In this document: positions 21,873-31,642 of the stretch, piece by piece
Numbering within the stretch: position 1 is the first letter of the stretch
How the letters are laid out: every line of letters begins with the position of its first letter
Assembly: GCA_049999805.1 (NCBI GenBank)
Contig: JBNGIO010006406.1
Coordinates: 261,045-296,653, forward strand
Length of the DNA stretch: 35,609 bases
DNA from: Folioceros fuciformis
Lineage: Eukaryota
Direction of reading: 5' to 3'
Position numbers and translations under genes: made by a program
The notes under the pieces: model-generated
The model's input: only the letters and a program-made list of their open reading frames with translations
Database searches by the model: none
What the model was told of the DNA's origin: nothing

Positions 21873-21898
21873 ATTATTATTATTATTATTATTATTAT
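21873..21898. repeat. (ATT)8 microsatellite in an AT-rich island
   Basis: attattattattattattattattat. Confidence 0.9.
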
Positions 21899-22235
21899 AA
21901 AACTTATTACTATTTTTCAGATGTATAGATAATTAAAATGCAAGATAGTTTTATGTTGTCTTTAAGAATATATTAAGAAAAAAATTATAATATGCTAGTC
22001 AAACTAGGTTTGTCCTCTCTTATATCTTAAGATTTACTTATATATTTATGTGATTTATATATACTATGTACTAAGATGTTAGGTAGCTTGATTTGAGCAA
22101 ATAAAATTATAGAAGTCAAAGCACACAAACTCAGCTAGATACTCAATACGACTTTGACTATAAGAGAAACAAATTGAATTTATTTTTATATTACCTGCCT
22201 AATATTTATTTGAGTCTTATGAAATAATATCATAA

Positions 22236-23201
22236 TCATGTTACAAAATTGCTATCAATTTCTCTTACTAGATTTAGGACTTGGAGCTTAATTTGCATGA
22301 TGTCTGTTTCTATACGTCTTAGTTTCTTCAAGCAATCAGGTAAACTTACTTCTAACCCATAAAGATGGTTTTGGAACATGTTGTCATTAATATTCATGTC
22401 ATCTGCCTCTTGGGTGGAGTGGTGAAGTTGGTTCAATATCTTCTTGCCTCTTATATTACAACAAAGGTTTAAGATAGCCATAGAAGAACATATATGAGTG
22501 CTACAACTTGACACATCTTTAAACGAGGTTTGCAATGCTTTTGTAGTATTCCTCATCATCGAGATTGCTTGTAAGTCTAGCACTTTTGATGAACAATCAC
22601 TATTGATCAACACCAATTTCTTGCAAACTGCATTTGCATAGCGCAATTGCACTGAACAAAGATCCAAATGAGTCACATTAAATGCAAGTGTCTTGAAACA
22701 ATCCATTACCCCATTGTAGCAAGTGTCAAGTAAGGTGGCACAAACATTCAAAAAGTCACAAGAAGTTGATGAAGAAATCTTGAGTTCCTCCTCGATACTG
22801 TGATTTTCCAGCTCTTTTAATGCCATGCCCATGAAGAAGCTTTTGTTCAGCTCAGCATGAGTAGGACAAGTACAAGTCAGCCATTCATCTCCCTCATTGT
22901 TGTTGTTGTAGTCTTTGTGCAAATTCAAATGAGGAGAGGTACCAAAATTTGAAACAACTTTAAAATGTGTGTGATCTGCTTGTGTCTTTGGTACAGCTTC
23001 ATTGGAGTCCTTGTCCTCGCATATGCTTGCATGCGTGTGCAGTTCAAGACAAGGAGTAGCATATTTTGGTTCTACTTCAATGGTGATATTCTCTAAATCC
23101 TTGATCACAGCACTCACAGCACTCTTCCATTCCGAAGCAAATGCTTGTGAACTCGTATAGTGGGCTGGAACCTCTGGGCTGTGGATTGAATGAAACCGCA
23201 T
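22236..23201 (-). CDS. Uncharacterised single-exon protein (~321 aa), weak resemblance to the BPS1/DUF793/DUF241 helical family
   Basis: A ~1 kb open frame in AT-rich DNA is unlikely by chance. FLNVCATLLDTC resembles the family motif YLDxSVKLLDxC, and the C-terminus is heptad-like (LRRIETDIMQIKLQVLNLVREI). Start taken at the first ATG. Confidence 0.55.
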   Translation of the reverse strand: MRFHSIHSPEVPAHYTSSQAFASEWKSAVSAVIKDLENITIEVEPKYATPCLELHTHASICEDKDSNEAVPKTQADHTHFKVVSNFGTSPHLNLHKDYNNNNEGDEWLTCTCPTHAELNKSFFMGMALKELENHSIEEELKISSSTSCDFLNVCATLLDTCYNGVMDCFKTLAFNVTHLDLCSVQLRYANAVCKKLVLINSDCSSKVLDLQAISMMRNTTKALQTSFKDVSSCSTHICSSMAILNLCCNIRGKKILNQLHHSTQEADDMNINDNMFQNHLYGLEVSLPDCLKKLRRIETDIMQIKLQVLNLVREIDSNFVT

Positions 23202-23652
23202 TTGTTCTGCGGTCAGACCTGCTACCAAGCTGAGGTGAGGCAACTCACTGGCCACGAGGAGCTCCTGGTAGTGCGGATTGTAAGCTAGGTGCAATGCAAA
23301 CAAATGAGAGAAGGAACTTCAGCCGGATGCGACCGGGGCTGGGGTACTATGGTCCACAGAAACAAACATGGGTGCAGTGGGCCACAATGTGGAGTAAGGG
23401 GCCCATGGCTAGCTCAGGAGCCGGGTATGAGCAGCCAAGTGGAGAGGGGTCGCCAAGTCAGGACGCACAGGCGATGGGGTCTCTGGAGTCAGCAAAATAG
23501 TAATAAAAGAACCCACGCCACAGTCCCGAGAGACTGACTTCCAATCTCCCCCCCAGCGAATAAAGCCGCGAGGTTTGGCTGGTACGCGCGCCGTCGCTTA
23601 CCATTCTCATCCCGCTCCCTGGTTCCCCAGCGTCGGCCTGGCTCCATCTCGT

Positions 23653-23676
23653 CTCGCCTCGCCTCGCCTCGCCTCG
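23653..23676. repeat. (CTCGC)n pentanucleotide microsatellite upstream of the second MFS gene
   Basis: ctcgcctcgcctcgcctcgcctcg. Confidence 0.8.
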
Positions 23677-24340
23677 TCGCATCCGTCTTCTCCGCCTCCT
23701 TCGTTTTTTGCATCTGCGTTTGAGTTTTCCGCCAGTGTCCTCGGGTCTCCTCACCAAATCCGCTCACCACCCACTCCGGGCTTGCTGGCTTGCTGCTCTG
23801 GCACTTGGCGCCTCCTACTCGCACTCCGTCTTCTCTCTCACTCTGGGAGTGGGATTCCGGTTTCTCTGGACCCGCACCGCGCATTCCATTCCCAAATAGA
23901 GAGAGAAGAGAGGAGCTTCTCAGCTTTGTTTGGTGCGGATCCGCCTGGGTCGGGACACATACTTGGCTCCTCCACACTGCTGCTGCTGGCCTTCGCTGGC
24001 TTGAGCGAAAACTGCTGAGGGACGGCGCCCGGTTCGGGTACGGGATTTGGAAATGGGGTGGTAATCGGGTGGGTGCTTGACTGGGCTTTGTGTGTGCACT
24101 GAGTATAGGGCCTGATTGCGGTGTCAGAGGGGGCCGGACTCCCGGGCGGTGATGCTGGTGAGCCAACGGGAGGCCCAGTGATGGTGATGGTGCTGGGGCT
24201 TGGTGGCCTGCTGGGTCAGTGAGTTCGCAGTCAGAAGGATCTGGTGGGTTGGAAGGGGAGTGAGTTAGTCGCATGGGAGCTGGGAGGTGCGTGTTTGTGG
24301 CTTGAGAGTCGGGGACACCAGGGTGGGAGGAGGTGCAATA

Positions 24341-26594
24341 ATGGCGAGCGCGGCGGTCAGCAGATGGATGGGCCTGGTGGCCGGGATGTGGGTTCAGGCG
24401 GCCGGGGGCAGCGCGTACATGTTTCCTCACTACTCGCCGTTGCTCAAGAACGTGCTGCAATACAACCAGCAGCAGCTCAACAACCTGGGGGCTGCCAAGG
24501 ATATCGGGGAGAATGTTGGCTTGTTGGCAGGAATTCTGTGCAACAAGCTGCCGGCCTGGTTCATTCTGTGCATTGGAGCACTGGAGAGTGTGTTCGGATA
24601 CGGGGTTCTGTGGCTCGTGGCGACTGAGCGCATCAGCCCGTTGCCGTACTGGCAGGTAGAAATTGTGTTGTGGGGAGGTCATGACGTCTTTGCCTTGGGG
24701 GCTGGAATTGACGATGTGACGAATTTTTGTTTGTGTGATGCATCGGTGGGTGGCAGATGTGCGTGATGCTGCTCATTGGAGCGAATACCGCGACGTGGTT
24801 CAACACGGCAGTTTTGGTGATTTGTATGAGGAATTTCCCACAGAGCAGAGGGTCGGTGGTGGGTATCTTGAAGGGATTTGTGGGGCTCAGTGGGGCCGTG
24901 TTCACCCAGATTTTCGCATCCTTCTTCAACAAAGACGCTGCGTCGTTGCTGCTGATGCTGGCTGTGACGCCTCTAGGAATTTGTCTCGTGTCTATGTGGT
25001 TCGTCAGGCCTGTCCCGGCCAGTACCTCGCCGGAAGATGCAGATGAGGAGACTAATTTCTTCTTTTTCATCAACGTGGTGGCCCTGGCGATGGCCTTCTA
25101 CCTCCTGGCCGCCACCCTTGTTCAGGATCTCCTTCCAGTCAGTCACCTGGCCTCTCACATCATCACTGCTGTGATGTTGCTGTTTTTGGTGGCTCCGTTG
25201 GTGGTGCCCGGGAAGTTTTTTGTGGAAGCGATTTGTTCGCCTGCCCAAGTTGACAAGTCCAAGGTGGAGGCGCATGGGAGCAATGATGCTCGGGAACCCC
25301 TGCTCAAGGATGTGGAGAAGGTGGCCGCAGTAGAAGGTGGGAGGAGCGACCAGCAGGCTGGTGGATCTGTGAATAACGAGCCCACTGGTGATGCGCGTTT
25401 GAAGGGTGACCTCTTCCCTATTTCAGAGATCGAGGAAATTGACACCCTGCTCCTCGTCGGCGAAGGGGCAGTCCTTCCAGCCAAGAGAAGGAAGGGTCCG
25501 AGGAGGGGGGAGGACTTCAAGCTCAAGCAGGCTTTTGTAAAAGCTGATTTCTGGCTCTTGTTTCTCACCTATTTCTGCGGAGTGGGAACCGGCATCACCG
25601 TCATCAACAACCTGGGTCAGATCGGCGAATCTTTAGGCTACGGAGATGTGTCCATCTTCATATCACTGGTCTGTATCTGTAACTTCCTGGGACGCCTGGG
25701 AGGGGGAGCGTTGTCAGAGTATTTTGTGAGGTACGCTTGGTGCTGTGACTAGCACTGTGGTAGCCCTTGGTAGAGGACTAGACCTTCTTTTGTACGATGC
25801 ACTAACATGCTTGCATGAACTCTGATCCTCGGCATGTCTTCTGCAGGTTAGATGCCGTTCCCAGGACTGTATGGATGGCTGTGGCGCAGATTGTGATGAT
25901 ATTAGGCTACGTCCTGCTGGCCACAGCCCTGCCTGGGACACTGTATGTTGGATCCGCACTTCTCGGGTTCTGCTACGGAGTTCACTTCTCCACCATGGTC
26001 CCCACAGCCTCCGAGTTGTTTGGGCTGAAGCACTTCGGGATGATCTACAATTTCCTCACCATGGCCAATCCCGTCGGATCTATAATTTTCTCTGGGTGGA
26101 TAGCAGGCACCATTTACGATAACGAGGCCCGGAAGAGTGCAGGCTCCGACTCCGGAACAACGTCCTTGGGCAACCTGTTGCGATCACATCTTCCATGGCT
26201 CGGTGAGGGGGATGTATCATCAGACGGCTCAACATGCCTGGGTCCCCGTTGCTACAGACTCACATTTCTCGTGCTAGCTGCGACCTGCGTCGTCGGCATC
26301 GCCTTGAACTTCATCCTGACTCATAGGATCAAGCGTGTGTATGTGGCTCTGTACAAGTCGCCTCCGAGGAACGAATCCCTGGACTCTCTGCTGGTGTCGG
26401 AAGATGGAACAGCCACCTCCATCCCCCGGGTGGGTTCCAAGGGTTCTCTGAATGCGTACCTGCCCAGGCGGGGCTCACGAGATGCACTCACCACCTCAGC
26501 AGAGCCAACTTCTCTCCAAAGAAGTGGGTCACAAGGTTCATCGTACCGGCGCGTTGGTTCATCAGACAACTTGGCTTTCATGTCCAGAAAGTAG
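24341..26594 (+). CDS. Nodulin-like major facilitator superfamily protein (NFD4-like), ~678 aa, 3 exons
   Basis: Exons 24341-24655, 24757-25730, 25847-26594 join in frame. Motifs LNNLGAAKDIGENVG, NFPQSRG, PRRGEDFKLKQA..ADFWLL, INNLGQIG, PTASELFGLKHFG, CLGPRCY. Confidence 0.92.
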
Positions 26595-26979
26595 TGCCCG
26601 TGCTACCAGTACCGAGCGTGTAGCATGTGTCTCGTCTCGTGTCACCTGTACACTAACTAAACTACGTCTTTCATACCTACAAAGCCGGTAGTGATGCAGC
26701 AAGCTTGCCTCCCAGCCAGGTTTTTGTTACCGGCCTACTGAAGTTGCATGCAGCTCCATCAGGTGTGCATGACTTCGATTTTGTAATATGAGATCCTCGA
26801 ATCCATCGTACCTCACTGTCACGTCCTCCTGTCCAACTACAGAAAGGAAGCTATTCCCAGCAAAGGCCGTACTGTGCAAGCTCCAACTGCCACCCGTTTT
26901 AAATCATGTACAGTGCATACATCTCTCCTGATCTGGATCGTGCTCACCCTCCCAACACAATCGTTGAAGTGTCAACACT

Positions 26980-27560
26980 GACAAGCACCCAGAACTGCTG
27001 CCACTAAGGACTGTCATACCCCGCGCACTGGCGGTGGCAAGTCCCTTGCCTTCCAGTTGCAGCCGCCCGGGTGACCAGTGGCAGCAACCTACGCTCTGGC
27101 AGGCAAGCAATGATTGGCGTGGATATTGGTAGCGGACAGGACGCGACAGGATGGTGCACACATTCTGTAATATGCCCTGCCCTCTCCGTGGAATCGCTGG
27201 TGGGTGGGATGAGGTTGCCGTGGCAGCTTCTCGTCCTCCACGCCAGGCCACCATGGATGCTCTGCAGTCTGCAACGATGCATGTACGTTCTCATCAAGGC
27301 CCTTTCAAGAGCGACCGCCCGTTCTGGTATCGAGTTGCGTGAGCCAACAGGCAAGAGGCGGGCGGCAAAGCAGTCACGTTATCAATCCACTCAAGATGTC
27401 TTGCGTGTCTTGCAATGTCTCGTCGTGGATCCCGTGCAAGCGCCCAATGACCCAATGACAAGATGGTTTCCAGGAATTAGGCTGAGAAAAGATGGTGCCC
27501 TTTTGTGCAGTGTGCCGACCGTACCACGTACCTCCATGGCGACTGCAATTCCGAAGTCGA
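26980..27560 (+). pseudogene. Possible highly decayed RecQ-type helicase relic
   Basis: KDCHTPRTGGGKSLAFQL (core 27027-27059) resembles RecQ motif I, followed by a TGA/frameshift. Downstream and collinear: CLVVDP (for VVDEAH) and RKDGALLCSVPTVPRTSMATAIPK (for motif III). Confidence 0.4.
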
Positions 27561-28031
27561 CAGACGGTCGCGCGTGTTCGTACCACGTACATTTTGTCAT
27601 CTCCTGACAGGAATACTACGTGCAAATATTTTATATTTTGTATCTTTGAGTCCGTATCTCTTCAGTTCCCAGCACGACAGCCATGGCCTGCTTTCTCCTC
27701 CTCCTCCCAGGAGCTTTATGTATATACAAAGGTGAGCAACAAAGGATGAGAGAACCAGTAGAATTTAAATCACGTACAGAACATCCGATCGTTTGACGAT
27801 CCTAGATATTGGTCTCACCGAACATTAATTGCACAACGGACAGATCGTGCACTACTGGTCCGTGGTGGCACACCTATGCTCAGCTCAAGGTTCGCAGCTT
27901 TTCGAAAGGCTAAAGCAAATGGACCCGGGAAGGCCAACGACGTCATCCATGATCGCCACCTTGGTCACCTTATTCCACTCACAGAACATGACTTTTTCTC
28001 ACCTTCAAAATTGTGGTCGTGCAGGAGGATG

Positions 28032-31000
28032 CTACCACCCGACGGGAATTTTCTGCTCGGGTTGCGAGCTAGGACTTTTCGCAGGCTCGTAAGTAGGAGG
28101 TAAAGGAACTTTCCTGAGACTGGCATAGTGCTTCTCTGCATCCGTGGTGTTGCGGAGGTCGGGGAAGTTGTCTGGCTGCGGATTCCACACAAATGGAATA
28201 TTATCTGGGTCTTTTTCTGGTGGCTTGATGCCCTGCTGAACGCCTAAATGCTCCTTCACAGCACTGGTCCTGTCGTGATACCTCGGGTCCCCAATGATGG
28301 GTGGGGGTTTAAATCCATCGAACCTGTGCTTGCTCCATATGTTTTCTGGAGGCCAGTACCCGGGAGTTGGCACGTTGTGCACGATGCCAGCATGTTCTGC
28401 CTGTTCCCGAGCAGGTATGCGGCGCAGAGTGTGAATTTCTTGCTCTTGCCGTCTGTCGATTCTCTTGGCAATCTCTTTATCCCGTTCTGACTCAGGGATG
28501 TAAGGCGTGCGATCTAGAACATGAGCCAAGCGGTGCCTGCGGGCCTTGACCTCTGCATCAAGGTCTGGTGGGGGAGCCCAGTGTCCACCATAAGAGATCC
28601 GCAGCTTGGGTTGAGTATTGCACTCGACATCTGGTACCATCCTCCTGCCCCGAGGTCTGGTGTTCTTCTTCTCTTCAGTGCGCACGTCCTCAACCATCTG
28701 GGGATTCATTTGAAACACGTAGATAGGGTAAGAACATACACAAAGTCATTGTTCACTTTGATTAAGCTCTTTCTACAGGCAAGGCACCGGGTTTCGAGCT
28801 TACGAGTTTTCCTCCCTTGGGGAAGCACTCGTTCCAGTACTCAAGCAACTTATCAGCAGGCAGATTCTTGTCAATGCGAGGATGGTAAAGAACAGGATGA
28901 GATTGATATCTCCTGCAGAAGCATCACCAGACAAGTCAAATTAACAGGGCAATTCACAGGTTCGTGTCCAGGCCCGACTATCATCGGAACCTAGTGAAGA
29001 AGTTGAGTGCCCTTACTCTTGCACACAAGCCTTGTTGAGAGGAATGTGAGTCTCATCCTCGTCATCCGCATTAAGATGTCCGTGGACTGTGCTTCTGTAA
29101 AATGGAGGATTCCAAAGCGTTGAGTCCAAAATTTCCTTAGGCTTAACGCGCCGCTCAACACGTATGCCCATGAACCGCTTCTCTGCTTCCTCCTGTCAAC
29201 AAAGAGAACGATCCAATTGATGCCAAACAAACAGGGGCCTGTGGACTTCTAACATGCGCTCACAGGCCACGGTCAAAGCCTGAAGAAGTGGAATCAAAGG
29301 GGGAGCGACTATCTTTGAACTTCAAAAGACGGACCTTTGTGATATCATGTTTGAGAGGATCTCGCAACCCACTTGTAGTGTACTTTCCATCCAGCCTCAC
29401 CCTTGCAAATGGATCATACTCTTTCAAATTGATGATGTCCCTGAACACTCTCTGGAGGTTGGATTGATTGATATACTCATAGTGATAATGCGCTGGCAAA
29501 GAGTTCCATGTTAAACGGCAGACACACAAGCCCGTCGACTGTATCAACTCGTCTAACAGTAAGTGAAAGGTCAGCCATACACCGACAAGGTACATGTCAA
29601 AGAAAACTCACTGTTTTTATTCATGATATCATCAACGCTCAAAGCATCCATGTTCCTGTCCACTTGATCTTGGATGTATCTGAATACATATCTGACCCAA
29701 TCGCGATGCATCTGCCCTTTAGCTTCATCGTCCTTCCTTTGCGCATTGTCCAGAGCTGTTAGGCATTCCTTAACTGTTGGTTCTTTACCAGCGATCCCAT
29801 CTTCAATAGCACTAATGTCCTCCATCAACTTGTCATGTTCTTTTGCATCTTTGATTGCCTTGCGCTTGATGCACAACTGAATACACGACAACAACATACC
29901 ATGTGCTTTTTCATTGCTAGATTGATGAAACAGTGTGTGCCCAGGGGCATTCCCTTGAATCCTTGCAAACACATCTTCAAGCTTGCCTAAGGTTCAGTGA
30001 CTCAAATTCAGAGAGACGAACAATCTCTGCTTCATCTTTCGGTAGATCATATTCATCAGACGACAGAGTAGAATCCAAAACAATCCCTATCGACCATTCC
30101 TCAGGAGAATCCAAGCTTCACCAACAAGTGGGCTCACCTCCAATTCCTCAGGAGTATGGTTGATCAGCTTGTGATCTCTCTTATACGGCAGGTGCCCCAG
30201 CTGCTGGCACAGCCAGCCCCGCCCATGCTTTCCTTCTTCAGGGTCAGGCAGTACAGTTGGCGGCCACTCCACAGGCTCAGCTGTCTGGCAGGCTGGGTCA
30301 AGTCCAGCGCAGACCGGTTCTGACATACACAGGGTCTCAAACTCACCGACAATACCAACTGGATACGTCAGACTTTAGGGCTTTCCCACCCGGCACGCCT
30401 TGAGTCCCTCCTCCTCCCTGTCCCCCTCGCATCCCTGCGTCCTTCGCTTGCATTCCTGCTTCCTTTGCACGCAACCCTTCTATCTCGGCTGCCTCGGCCG
30501 GGTCCACGTATCCACAGCCATCCAGGTTGGGACACCCCACCAGAAAACTAGGCACCAGAGGCCCTGGGATGAAGTAGTCGATGTCACCATGGTCTTCAGC
30601 AGTCCTAATCACTCCCGTTTCCGGCATACCCTTGGGATTGTTCCACTCGTCCCATTTCGCAACAGGAACAGGGTACTCCTCCTCCGTATCAGACGACTCC
30701 GATTCCTCCGGCTGTCGCCCACCAGCAAGCACACAGAAATCGTTGAGACGGCCATAGCCCCAGGCTTACCAGCATTCCTAAACATGACTAACCCGAATGT
30801 ATATCCGACTCCCCGTGGACGGGATCCTGATCTTGTGAGGCGGAACTGGAAAGGGCCTCTTCTTGGGCGGAGGCTTAGGAGCTTCCTGCAAGCACACCGT
30901 CTCATGCTCATTTGCTATGCACTAAACTTGCTTTCATCAAGAAAACACCCGCCAATCAATCCTCACCTCTTCCTTAGGAGGCTCCCCAGTCTCCAGAGTT

Positions 31001-31320
31001 TGAACCTCCATATCCTGCGTCAGTCCGTCTGCGCTAACGCAGCCAGCGCACAACGTTTGCTGCTTTTCCTGCACTTCATCAGTCTGTATCTCCTCATGCT
31101 GCACTACCGGAACTCTCTTTTTCTTGGGCTTGGGGAAGAGAAAAAAAGGCCCCTTACGAGACAAGTCTTTTCGAGCTTTATGATCACCTTCCACCGATGT
31201 GAAGGCGTGGCCAGAGACATCTGGAACTTTGATTTTGCTTTTTCGTATTTTCTCCTTCGCCCCTTCACAAACCCCGGCCGCCGCACCAGGGCAATTTTCA
31301 CATTCCAATGGGATCTTCAT
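28032..31320 (-). CDS. Multi-exon gene with a FAM228-like core domain; the 5' half has one unresolved junction
   Basis: Exons 31320-30967, 30885-30793, 30711-~30347, ~30280-30138, 29876-29612, 29492-29335, 29192-29017, 28912-28804, 28697-28032. The last six join in frame through GT-AG introns. Core: KGQMHRDWVRYVF..IQ..VFRDIINLKEYDPF..LRDPLK..EK. Confidence 0.65.
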
Positions 31321-31642
31321 CCTCCCAGGAAGAGGCCAACAAGATACAGAACCTTCACATCATCCTCGCACGCCAAACACGACACTGACGCTGGCCCGTC
31401 TCAAGGAATCGATGGCGCAATTGCATCCTTGTAAAGCCAAGGAGAGGACATGCCTTGGTTGGCTCTCGACGAACCTTCGTCTACTAAACCTAAATGGCTG
31501 TTAAGTGTATCTACAAGCCAAGCGACTCTGGTTTACCCATCTACTGAACACTGACTCCCGTAGCACATAGCCTAGTTACTCACTCCCTTCCTATACATCG
31601 CCGCACAGAGATCAACTCACCAGCGCAGCAGCAGCAGCTTTT

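Noticed and set aside
23489..24682. 397-aa minus-strand ORF
   Set aside because: Low-complexity translation of the GC-rich 5' region and exon 1 of the MFS gene; no domain signal.
30400..31434. 344-aa plus-strand ORF
   Set aside because: Antisense to the spliced minus-strand gene, whose exons have proper GT-AG boundaries.
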